From a marine bacterium B5-7 (GTDB taxonomy: Bacteria > Pseudomonadota > Gammaproteobacteria > BQJM01), in contig BQJM01000006.1 in the NCBI GenBank assembly GCA_021604705.1, positions 2,087-66,086 on the forward strand: DNA of 64,000 nt. Reading direction: 5' to 3'. Position 1 is the first letter of the stretch. Each line of letters begins with the position of its first letter. A model generated the notes under the pieces. That model was not told the DNA's origin and did not search any database. It was given only the letters and a program-made list of their open reading frames with translations. Below are positions 40,365-48,876 of this stretch, piece by piece. A program made the translations under genes and the position numbers.

Positions 40365-41617
40365 CAACTAAAAAAACACCACAAGCGAAAGCCGCTAAAC
40401 AATTATGGCAATGGCATCAACAACAAGCATCGCTTTCTGGCGTTGAGTTTGATTCGCCGCTTTGCCAAGAAATGATTTATGGTGTTGTCCGTTGGTGGAC
40501 GCATCTTGATGCTATTCTTAAGCCGTGCATGCACAAACCTATGAAGCCAAGTAAAGTGGTGTATTGGTTACTGTTGCTGGGAGTGTATCAATTACGTTTT
40601 ATGAAAACGCCTGATCCCGTTGTTGTTAATGAATGTGTGAAAGCCACCAAAGAATTAAAGCAGCCGGGTTTGAGCAGTGCGGTCAATGCGATTTTACGTG
40701 CAGTGTGTCGGCAGAAAGAACCGACGTTTCCTTCGCTTGAAGCAGAAAGCGCACATCCTGCGTGGTTTATTAAGATGATTAAGCAGGCTTATCCAGATGA
40801 CTGGGAAAATATTCTAGCAGTAAATAATCAATATCCGCCGATGGTTTTACGGATTAATCCTGCGAAAGTATCACGTGATGCTTACTTGAAAAAACTGCAA
40901 GCCATGGATATTGAAGCGACGCCAACACCCTTATCTGATGTGGGTCTACAGTTAAACAAATCGCGGCCCCTGCAAGGCTTGCCTGATGATGTTGTGTCGC
41001 AAGGGGAAGCGTCACAATGCGTCGCACCGGCGTTACAGATCCCTAATGAAGACGGTATTCGCGTATTAGATGCTTGCTGTGCCCCTGGCGGCAAGTTGCG
41101 TCACATGCTGGCGTTGGCACCTAAGGCAGACCTATTAGGTTTAGATGTCTCTGCAAAGCGTGTAGAAGCCATGCCAGCCATCAAGGCGAAAGTGTTGGTG
41201 GCGGATGCCGCGGAGCCAGATACATGGCATGACGGTCGTTTATTTCACCGCATCCTCATCGATGCACCGTGCTCGGGTTCAGGCGTTATACGCCGCCATC
41301 CTGATATCAAATGGCGTCGACGTGAGAGTGATATTCCGGCGCTTGTTGCAGAGCAGCACGCTTTGTTAAACATCTTGTGGCCGCTGTTAGAGAAAGACGG
41401 TATTTGCGTGTATTCCACCTGTTCTATTTTTCCTGAAGAAAATCAGCAAGTGATCGACGCGTTTTTACAAGAAAATCCTGATGCCACACTAGAACCTTTA
41501 GAGCTATCCGGCGCACGCCTCAATCAATTCGGCACGCAACTTCTACCCGCTGACAATGGCGTGGATGGTTTTTTTATTGCGGTGTTACGGAAAGCTGCAT
41601 TGTCATCCCGCACTTGA
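40361..41617 (+). CDS. rsmB: 16S rRNA (cytosine967-C5)-methyltransferase
   Basis: DACCAPGGK, DAPCSGSGVIRRHPD, YSTCS. The last 5 codons and the stop come from a REP unit. Confidence 0.85.
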   Translation: MTTKKTPQAKAAKQLWQWHQQQASLSGVEFDSPLCQEMIYGVVRWWTHLDAILKPCMHKPMKPSKVVYWLLLLGVYQLRFMKTPDPVVVNECVKATKELKQPGLSSAVNAILRAVCRQKEPTFPSLEAESAHPAWFIKMIKQAYPDDWENILAVNNQYPPMVLRINPAKVSRDAYLKKLQAMDIEATPTPLSDVGLQLNKSRPLQGLPDDVVSQGEASQCVAPALQIPNEDGIRVLDACCAPGGKLRHMLALAPKADLLGLDVSAKRVEAMPAIKAKVLVADAAEPDTWHDGRLFHRILIDAPCSGSGVIRRHPDIKWRRRESDIPALVAEQHALLNILWPLLEKDGICVYSTCSIFPEENQQVIDAFLQENPDATLEPLELSGARLNQFGTQLLPADNGVDGFFIAVLRKAALSSRT

Positions 41618-41771
41618 TGCGGGATCTCTATCTACTGCTGTAGTACTTTCAGGAGATTCCGGCTTTCGCCGGAATGACATGAATGTACCTGTCATCCCGC
41701 ACTTGATGCGGGATCTCCTGGTAGCACTGCAGTAATAGCTGGAGACCCCGGGTCGGCGCCCGGGGTGACGG
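41600..41771. repeat. Two tandem REP/MITE-like composites, family 1 (four units)
   Basis: ttgtcatcccgcacttgatgcgggatctc.. / ..ggagattccggctttcgccggaatgaca / ctgtcatcccgcacttgatgcgggatctcc / ctggagaccccgggtcggcgcccggggtgacgg. Confidence 0.9.
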
Positions 41772-41786
41772 CCTTCTCAGCAAAAT

Positions 41787-43106
41787 CTATCCTGCCAGCG
41801 TATTCAACCCCTTCAACAAATTGACGGCTTGATAAAGCTGAAAATCTTCATGTACTAAAACTTTTTTATCTTTTTTCTTTTTGTCTTTTTTAGTCGAAGA
41901 TTTCTTATCCGATTTATTTTCAATGTGCCCAGCTAAACTATTTTCTCGTAGCACAATAATATCCATCGTACCTTTACCTTCAGGTTCGGGAACAGATAAA
42001 GTTTCTACTTGGATGTCTGGTTTAATCCCTTTTGCCTGAATAGAACGACCGGATGGCGTGTAGTACAACGCAGTTGTTAACTTGATCGCATGCGTGTTAT
42101 CCAATGGCAAGACTGTTTGCACGGATCCTTTCCCGAAGCTTTGTTCACCCATAACAACCGCACGACGATGATCTTGCAAAGCGCCCGCAACAATTTCTGA
42201 TGCTGAGGCAGAGCCCGCATTGATTAATACCACGATGGGTAAGCCATGCAGGATATCGCCTTGACTTGCATAGGCTTTAAAGTCACCACCAGGTATGCGA
42301 CCTTCTGTGTAGACAATGAGTTCTTTGTGATTGAGTTGGTTATCTTGATCTAAGAATAAATCGGATACACCAACGGCGGCATCTAATAAACCACCTGGGT
42401 TGTTACGTAAATCAATCACTGCACCTTTTAATTTATTATTGGTTTGTTTCTTTAAGTCATCAATTTGTTTAGCTAAGTCTCTTGTGGTGTTTTCTTGAAA
42501 TTGACGAACACGTAAATAAGCAAAATGCTTGTCGATTAATTCACTTTTAACACTGTCCACGTTGATGATGGCGCGTTTTAATGTTTTCTCGAGTACTTGA
42601 TGTTTTTCGCCGCGTAAAATAGTGAGCTTTACTGTGGACCCATCATCTCCGCGGAGTTTTTTGATAGCATCTGTCATACTTAAGCCTTTAATGGGTTCGC
42701 CATTAATCGCGAAAATCAAATCACCACTTTTTAATCTCGCTTTGCTGGCAGGGGAGTCATCTAGTGGGGTGACAATGCGGACCAGCCCATCATGCATGTC
42801 AATTTCAATGCCGAGGCCAGCAAACTTACCTTCGGTGCTGGTCGTCAACATCTCTAGATCGTCAGGGTTAAGATAAGCGGAATGGGGATCGAGTCCTTGT
42901 AACATGCCTTGTAACGCACTTTCGAATAGTTTTTCATCCTTGGCATCTTTGACATAGTATTGTTTGATATGACCTAACGCCAAAGAAAAATGTTCCACTG
43001 GCTGCAAGGGTGCTTGTTGTACCATGACTTGTGGATGGTCTTTGTCGCTGGCAAAAGAGATTGATAAAGTGAGGCTGAGTAAAAGGGTTAACAGAAAACG
43101 TGCCAT
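41787..43106 (-). CDS. Carboxy-terminal processing protease (S41)
   Basis: Signal peptide MARFLLTLLLSL, PDZ-like region, NAGSASASEI catalytic-Ser motif. Confidence 0.85.
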   Translation of the reverse strand: MARFLLTLLLSLTLSISFASDKDHPQVMVQQAPLQPVEHFSLALGHIKQYYVKDAKDEKLFESALQGMLQGLDPHSAYLNPDDLEMLTTSTEGKFAGLGIEIDMHDGLVRIVTPLDDSPASKARLKSGDLIFAINGEPIKGLSMTDAIKKLRGDDGSTVKLTILRGEKHQVLEKTLKRAIINVDSVKSELIDKHFAYLRVRQFQENTTRDLAKQIDDLKKQTNNKLKGAVIDLRNNPGGLLDAAVGVSDLFLDQDNQLNHKELIVYTEGRIPGGDFKAYASQGDILHGLPIVVLINAGSASASEIVAGALQDHRRAVVMGEQSFGKGSVQTVLPLDNTHAIKLTTALYYTPSGRSIQAKGIKPDIQVETLSVPEPEGKGTMDIIVLRENSLAGHIENKSDKKSSTKKDKKKKDKKVLVHEDFQLYQAVNLLKGLNTLAG

Positions 43107-43153
43107 GATTCGCTCCGTGAATAGGTTTGGTGGGTATTGTAACATGAATCCGC

Positions 43154-43252
43154 AGTGTCATGCCGCACTTGATGCGGCATCTCCATGGGTTACCGCTGTG
43201 CTATCAGGAGATTCCGCGTCAAGCGCGGAATGACAGCTGAGCGGAATGACAA
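43154..43252. repeat. REP/MITE-like composite, family 1, plus an extra half unit
   Basis: gtgtcatgccgcacttgatgcggcatctcc ... caggagattccgcgtcaagcgcggaatgacagc tgagcggaatgacaac. Confidence 0.88.
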
Positions 43253-43257
43253 CACAA

Positions 43258-44775
43258 CTACCCCAGCAAACTCACCCCCGTCATCTCGTTTGGTTGGGTG
43301 AGATCCATCACGTGAAGTAGCGTGGGTGCTATATCGCAGAGTGTGCCTTGTGCAGTGAATGGCGTGGGTTTTCCCACGTAAACAAATGGTACTAAGCAGT
43401 TAGTGTGCGCGGTATGCGCTTGCGCATGGTCGGCGTTATACATGAGTTCGGCATTACCGTGATCGGCGGTAATAAACCAATGGGCTTGGTTTTCTAATAC
43501 GGCTTGATGAATTTCTCCTAAGCACGCATCAATGGCTTCAATTGCTTTGACCGTTGCATCAAAATCACCGGTATGTCCCACCATATCGGCATTCGCGAAA
43601 TTACAGATGACGAGCGCATGTTCATCTGAATGAATCGCATCAATCACATGTTGTGCGACAGCTGCCACATGCATTTCTGGCTGTAAGTCATAGGTAGCGA
43701 CATCAGGAGAGTTCACGAGGATACGTTTTTCAAGGGGAAAAGGAGCTTCTACACCACCGTTAAAAAAGAAAGTGACATGCGCGTATTTTTCAGTTTCAGC
43801 CGTATGTAGTTGCGATAAACCTTGCTTGCTAACAACTTCCGCTAATGTGTTACTAATTTTCTCTGGTGGATAGGCAACGGTGCAGGGTAAATCATGCGCG
43901 TATTCGGTTAGCGTGACAAAGTGATGATAATCAATCACGCGTTCGCGCGGAAAACCATGAAATGCTGGCAGGGTGAATGCCTGCGTGAGTTGCCGTGCCC
44001 GATCCGCGCGGAAGTTCATCATGACGATCACATCATCATCTTGTATGGCTTGATGATTACCGATAAGCGTGGCCTGCACAAATTCATCGGTTTCTCCGCG
44101 TGCGTACGCAGCTTCTAAAGCAGATTCAGCTGTGTCCGCCTGAAAAGATGCTTTCCTCAGTGTGAGTGCATCGTAACAAGTTTGCGTACGATCCCATCGG
44201 GTATCGCGATCCATGGCGTAGTAACGTCCACAAATTGACGCGACATCTCCAACACCGATGCGTTTAAAACAGTGGCCTATTTTTTTTAAACTAGCTGCAG
44301 CACTCTTCGGAGCGGTGTCACGTCCATCTAAAAACAGATGGAGTGCCAGTTGCTTTACGCCGCATTGTTCGGCTAATTCGCATGCTGCCACGATGTGATC
44401 TTCATGGCTATGCACACCACCAGGCGATAACAGCCCCATGATATGTACGGTGCGCTTGTTGGCAGCAGCATACTGAAACGCATTAGTAAAAGCGGTGTTT
44501 TGTTGAAAGCTACTATCATCAATGGCTTGTGTAATGCGTGATAAGGCTTGACGCACTAAACGCCCGGCGCCCATGTTTAAGTGCCCGACCTCGGAATTTC
44601 CCATTTGTTGATCGGGTAAGCCTACGGCATGCCCCGAGGCATCGAGCAAGGTATGTGGATAATCGCGCCACAATTTATCCCAGTTGGGGGTGTGTGCTTG
44701 GGCAATGGCGTTGTGCTCGCGTGCTTCGCGATGTCCCCAGCCATCTAGAATCAGTAATACCGTTGTGTTGTGCAT
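43258..44775 (-). CDS. gpmI: 2,3-bisphosphoglycerate-independent phosphoglycerate mutase
   Basis: GNSEVGHLN (phospho-Ser), ADHGN; 505 aa. Confidence 0.92.
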   Translation of the reverse strand: MHNTTVLLILDGWGHREAREHNAIAQAHTPNWDKLWRDYPHTLLDASGHAVGLPDQQMGNSEVGHLNMGAGRLVRQALSRITQAIDDSSFQQNTAFTNAFQYAAANKRTVHIMGLLSPGGVHSHEDHIVAACELAEQCGVKQLALHLFLDGRDTAPKSAAASLKKIGHCFKRIGVGDVASICGRYYAMDRDTRWDRTQTCYDALTLRKASFQADTAESALEAAYARGETDEFVQATLIGNHQAIQDDDVIVMMNFRADRARQLTQAFTLPAFHGFPRERVIDYHHFVTLTEYAHDLPCTVAYPPEKISNTLAEVVSKQGLSQLHTAETEKYAHVTFFFNGGVEAPFPLEKRILVNSPDVATYDLQPEMHVAAVAQHVIDAIHSDEHALVICNFANADMVGHTGDFDATVKAIEAIDACLGEIHQAVLENQAHWFITADHGNAELMYNADHAQAHTAHTNCLVPFVYVGKPTPFTAQGTLCDIAPTLLHVMDLTQPNEMTGVSLLG

Positions 44776-44809
44776 AGTAGCCTAAAGAGATGTCAAATAA
44801 AGTGTTTAT

Positions 44810-44866
44810 TGATCAGAAGGGATCACTATATCAGGATAATCTTCCCTCGCAAGGCAGATTAGCTAG
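44810..44866. repeat. Left copy of the 57-bp direct repeat flanking ATPase paralogue E
   Basis: tgatcagaagggatcactatatcaggataatcttccctcgcaaggcagattagctag. The 43-bp core differs at 2 positions from 46491-46533. Confidence 0.85.
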
Positions 44867-44932
44867 CTGATCTGTCCTGGCAGGGAAAATTAGATGGGTT
44901 TGTTTCAGGAAATCTGATGAAGAAAGTCTGGA

Positions 44933-45016
44933 TGAGCCATTTATAAAAACCTATAAGTGGCTCAAATGACTTGATTAACTTAATTGAGCCACTTATACTT
45001 CATTATAAGTGGCTCA
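44933..45016. promoter_or_regulatory. Two 32-bp palindromes 5' of ATPase paralogue E
   Basis: tgagccatttata-aaaacc-tataagtggctca (44933-44964) and tgagccacttata-cttcat-tataagtggctca (44985-45016). The second ends 14 nt before ATG 45031. Confidence 0.75.
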
Positions 45017-45030
45017 CAATAGGTTTTCAT

Positions 45031-46464
45031 ATGATTGGTCGACAGTTCGAAAGGACGCGATTAAAAAAGCTCTTTGATTCCACAGAAGCGGAATTTATGG
45101 TTGTCTATGGACGACGTCGCGTGGGTAAGACTTTTTTAATTCAATCTTACTTTACAGAGGAGCAAGACTGTGTGTTTATGCAGGCAACAGGCTTGCAAAA
45201 AGGGTCGCTTAAACAACAGCTCCAGCTTTTTACTGATGCACTTGCAAAGACCTTTTTCAGAGGTGCAATGATTACGCCACCGAAGGATTGGGGATCTGCA
45301 TTTAAATTGTTAACTCAGCAACTTGAAATGACAACACAGACCGTTGTTATATTTTTGGATGAATTTCCCTGGATGGTGACACCACGCGCTGGATTGCTTG
45401 AAATGCTGGACCACTATTGGAATCAATATTGGAGTCGTCTAAAGCATATTAGGCTTGTGATTTGTGGTTCTAGTGCTTCATGGTTAATTAAAAAAATTAT
45501 TGAAAATAAAGGGGGGTTACATAATCGCGTGACTTCTCAACTTCATTTGAAACCATTTACGCTTTCTGAGACAGCTGCGTTTTTAAAACATCGAAAGATT
45601 AAATTAAATGCCTCTCATTGCTTATCGTTATATCTAGCGCTAGGCGGCGTGCCATACTATTTAAAGTATGTTGAACCTGGATTAACTGCAGAACAGAATA
45701 TTCAGAGAATTTTGTTTGATCAAGATGCGCCGTTACATCATGAGTTTGAGAAACTTTTTTATTCGCTATTTAAACATGCAGATGCCTATATTGAGTTAAT
45801 TAAAGTTATCGGCATGCGAAAGGAAGGGTTAGACCGTGTAAGCCTCCAGAAACACACAAAAATCTCGAATGGTGGTCGACTTTCTGAACGTTTAAAAGAT
45901 TTAGTGCTGACTGGCTTTATCCAAACGTATAGTCAATTAGGAAAAACGCAAAATATCTACTACAAGCTCATTGATGAGTTTAGTCTTTTTTATTTTCAGT
46001 GGGTGATGCCACACAGAAATCAATTATTTGTTGGTGAGCATTGGTTGAGTCAACATCAAAAACCAGCTTATGCAAGTTGGGCTGGCTATGCTTTTGAAGC
46101 GGTGTGTATGCAACATATCGATCAAGTGGTGAAGGCATTGGGGATACACGGTGGTGGCGTAATTAGTTCATGGCGTTATATACCCAAAACGTCGAAAGAG
46201 TGTGGGGCTCAAATTGATTTGCTGATCGAGAGGAATGATAATGCAATCACTTTATGTGAAATTAAATACACACGAGAACCTTTTGTGATTGATAAAAATT
46301 ATGCGCTCATTTTACAGCGGAAAATTGATCTATTTAACGAAAAAACCAAAAACAAAAAACAAGTTTTTCTTGCATTGATCTCTGCTCACGGCGTGAAAAA
46401 AAATAAATATAGTGAGTTGTTAATCGATCAGGTTGTGACGCTTGAACATTTGTTTATCGGGTAA
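45031..46464 (+). CDS. AAA+ ATPase (DUF234/archaeal-ATPase-like) with PD-(D/E)xK-like C-terminus, paralogue E
   Basis: GRRRVGKTFL Walker A, IFLDEFPW Walker B, C-terminal AQIDLLIERNDNAITLCEIK. The ORF-track start at 44971 is a TTG inside the palindrome region. Confidence 0.75.
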   Translation: MIGRQFERTRLKKLFDSTEAEFMVVYGRRRVGKTFLIQSYFTEEQDCVFMQATGLQKGSLKQQLQLFTDALAKTFFRGAMITPPKDWGSAFKLLTQQLEMTTQTVVIFLDEFPWMVTPRAGLLEMLDHYWNQYWSRLKHIRLVICGSSASWLIKKIIENKGGLHNRVTSQLHLKPFTLSETAAFLKHRKIKLNASHCLSLYLALGGVPYYLKYVEPGLTAEQNIQRILFDQDAPLHHEFEKLFYSLFKHADAYIELIKVIGMRKEGLDRVSLQKHTKISNGGRLSERLKDLVLTGFIQTYSQLGKTQNIYYKLIDEFSLFYFQWVMPHRNQLFVGEHWLSQHQKPAYASWAGYAFEAVCMQHIDQVVKALGIHGGGVISSWRYIPKTSKECGAQIDLLIERNDNAITLCEIKYTREPFVIDKNYALILQRKIDLFNEKTKNKKQVFLALISAHGVKKNKYSELLIDQVVTLEHLFIG

Positions 46465-46476
46465 AGCTATCGCAAG

Positions 46477-46533
46477 TGATCAAGAGAGAGCACTATATCA
46501 GGATAATCTGCCCTCGCAAGGTAGATTAGCTAG
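46477..46533. repeat. Right copy of the 57-bp direct repeat; the hairpin plus T-run may also terminate paralogue E
   Basis: tgatcaagagagagcactatatcaggataatctgccctcgcaaggtagattagctag, followed by gttttttt. Confidence 0.85.
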
Positions 46534-46558
46534 GTTTTTTTGTATCAATTTAACGGCA

Positions 46559-46586
46559 TTGCCGTTCAGCCAACAACCCGTATAAT
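46559..46586 (+). promoter_or_regulatory. Candidate sigma-70 promoter of the yibN-like-grxC-secB-gpsA block
   Basis: TTGCCG - 16 nt - TATAAT, about 29 nt upstream of ATG 46615, which has an aaggag SD. Confidence 0.4.
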
Positions 46587-46614
46587 GCCCTCATCTTTTA
46601 AGGAGCGTAAACAT

Positions 46615-47043
46615 ATGCAAGATTTTTCGATTTTTGTGGCACAGAACCTTTGGTTGTGCCTGTTATTTGGCGTTTTATTGGCGGCGGTCGTTGTGACGGA
46701 ACTGCGTCGTTCGGCTAAAGGTGGTCAGCAAATTAGCCCGCAGGCGGCTGTGATGATGATGAACCGTGGCAATCCACAACTCATTGATATTCGTGATTCG
46801 GCCCGCTTTAACCAGGGGCATATCGCAGGGGCGAGGCAAATTGATGCAAAGACAGATAAAATTGATTGGGCCCAAGTGTTGCCGGAAAAAGACCAAAAGT
46901 TATTACTCATCTGCGAAAGAGGCCAATCAGTGCTCAAAGTAGCCGACCAGTTACAAAAGTTAGGTTATACTAACGCGAATATCTTGGCGGGCGGGATGAC
47001 TGCTTGGCGAGATGCTAATTTACCGATTACGAAAGGAGCTTAA
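46615..47043 (+). CDS. Membrane-anchored rhodanese-domain protein (YibN-like)
   Basis: N-terminal TM helix, rhodanese loop ICERGQS. It occupies the position upstream of grxC-secB-gpsA, as yibN does in E. coli. Confidence 0.72.
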   Translation: MQDFSIFVAQNLWLCLLFGVLLAAVVVTELRRSAKGGQQISPQAAVMMMNRGNPQLIDIRDSARFNQGHIAGARQIDAKTDKIDWAQVLPEKDQKLLLICERGQSVLKVADQLQKLGYTNANILAGGMTAWRDANLPITKGA

Positions 47044-47045
47044 GC

Positions 47046-47297
47046 ATGGCGAAAGTCATTGTCTATTCCAAGCCCAGCTGTCCGTACTGTGTGCGCGCAG
47101 AGCAACTGCTGCAACACAAAGGTGTGGCATTTGAGAAGGTTCGTGTGGATTTAGATGCTGAGGCATTAAAATTCATGATGGAAAAAAGTGGGCGTCGTAC
47201 CGTGCCTCAAATTTTTATCAACGATGAACCCATTGGCGGATTTGATGATTTGTATGCGCTGGATAAAAGCGGTAAATTAGACGGATTATTAACTTAA
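47046..47297 (+). CDS. grxC: Glutaredoxin 3
   Basis: CPYC active site, TVPQIFI, GGFDD; 83 aa. Confidence 0.88.
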   Translation: MAKVIVYSKPSCPYCVRAEQLLQHKGVAFEKVRVDLDAEALKFMMEKSGRRTVPQIFINDEPIGGFDDLYALDKSGKLDGLLT

Positions 47298-47318
47298 CTA
47301 AACTCAATAAAGGGGAGC

Positions 47319-47771
47319 ATGACCATGGCCGATACACAACCTGAATTTGCGATTCAGCGTTTATACATTAAAGACAGTTCATTTGAGGCACCGAATGCCC
47401 CAGCGATTTTCCGTGAAAAATGGGAACCTGAAGTGAATTTGGATCTCAATAATCATCACGAAAAAATTACTGACGGCGTGTATGAAGTCACACTGAAAGG
47501 TACCGTGTCTGTGAAATCTAGTGACACAATGGCATTTGTTGCTGAAGTCACTTATGCCGGTGTGTTCACAGTGAAAAACTTTGAAAAAGAACAGTTCGAC
47601 CAAGTGATTCATAGCTTCTGTCCAAACGTTTTATTCCCGTACATGCGTGAAACAGTGACGGATATGGTTAACCGTGGTAGCTTCCCGCAATTAGTCTTAG
47701 CACCGGTTAATTTCGATGCCTTGTACCAACAACAATTGGCACAAGCGAAAGACGGCGAGAAAACTTCTTAA
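47319..47771 (+). CDS. secB: Protein-export chaperone SecB
   Basis: FAIQRLYIKDSSFEAPNAP, NVLFPYMRE; 150 aa. Confidence 0.88.
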   Translation: MTMADTQPEFAIQRLYIKDSSFEAPNAPAIFREKWEPEVNLDLNNHHEKITDGVYEVTLKGTVSVKSSDTMAFVAEVTYAGVFTVKNFEKEQFDQVIHSFCPNVLFPYMRETVTDMVNRGSFPQLVLAPVNFDALYQQQLAQAKDGEKTS

Positions 47772-47853
47772 GTAAGCATTGTCTCTACCAATTTGCCTGG
47801 CGTGCGAAGATCGTAGGAAAATTTGATGAGAAAACGGAGTTTATACAAAATAA

Positions 47854-48876
47854 ATGAGTATTTCGAAGAAAGTTTCCCATAGATTATTGTCGCCAATTGC
47901 AGTATTGGGTGCCGGCTCATGGGGCACCGCGTTAAGCCTGGCTTTGGCCAGGCATCAACAAGATGTTGTGCTGTGGGATGTGAACAGTGAGCTGGTCACA
48001 TCCATGCAGCAATCACGCGAAAATACGCGCTATCTGCCCGGGATCCCTTTGCCAGATAATATTCACTGTTGCGACTCCTTAGCAGAAACGCTTAAACAAT
48101 CGCGCGATGTATTAATTGTCGTACCGAGTCATGCATTTCGTCGCGTTCTACAAAACATTAAACCGCATTTAGCTGCCGATGCGCGTGTCATTAGCGCGAC
48201 CAAAGGCTTAGATGCAGAAACCGGTCAACCTTTATCTGCTGTATTTCGTGAAGAAATGGGCGATAGAGCTTATGCTGTATTATCCGGCCCATCGTTTGCG
48301 AAAGAAGTTGCGGCGAATATGCCAACCGCTGTGACCATTGCCAGCGAAGATACTGACTGGTTAGCAACGGTTGCGGCGAGTTTCCACCAACAAACTTTTC
48401 ACGTATATACATCGCAAGATGTGCTTGGTGTGAGTTTGGGGGGGGCTGTTAAAAATGTGATAGCAATTGCTGTTGGGATGGCGGATGGTTTGGGTTTTGG
48501 CACCAATACAAAAACAGCATTGATCACCCGTGGTTTAGCAGAAATGATGCGCCTGGGTGAAGCGCTTGGTGCACAACGCGAAACATTTACCGGTTTATCC
48601 GGCGTGGGTGATTTGGTGTTAACTTGCAGTGATAATCAATCGCGTAATCGTCGTTTTGGGTTGGCGATTGGTCAAGGCCAAGCGGTACAAGCGGCGGAAG
48701 AAGCCATTGGCCAAGTGGTCGAAGGCAAACGCAATGCCCAAGAAGTAGTAACACTAGCAAGGCAGCATGATGTGAATATGCCGATTGCAGAACAAGTCTT
48801 CCGTGTCCTCTACGAAAACGCCCCCATTGCGACGGCGGTCAATGCCCTACTCGCCCGCGATTTGCAGGGAGAGTAG
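47854..48876 (+). CDS. gpsA: NAD(P)H-dependent glycerol-3-phosphate dehydrogenase
   Basis: GAGSWGTAL Rossmann motif, GAVKNVIAIAVG. Confidence 0.92.
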   Translation: MSISKKVSHRLLSPIAVLGAGSWGTALSLALARHQQDVVLWDVNSELVTSMQQSRENTRYLPGIPLPDNIHCCDSLAETLKQSRDVLIVVPSHAFRRVLQNIKPHLAADARVISATKGLDAETGQPLSAVFREEMGDRAYAVLSGPSFAKEVAANMPTAVTIASEDTDWLATVAASFHQQTFHVYTSQDVLGVSLGGAVKNVIAIAVGMADGLGFGTNTKTALITRGLAEMMRLGEALGAQRETFTGLSGVGDLVLTCSDNQSRNRRFGLAIGQGQAVQAAEEAIGQVVEGKRNAQEVVTLARQHDVNMPIAEQVFRVLYENAPIATAVNALLARDLQGE

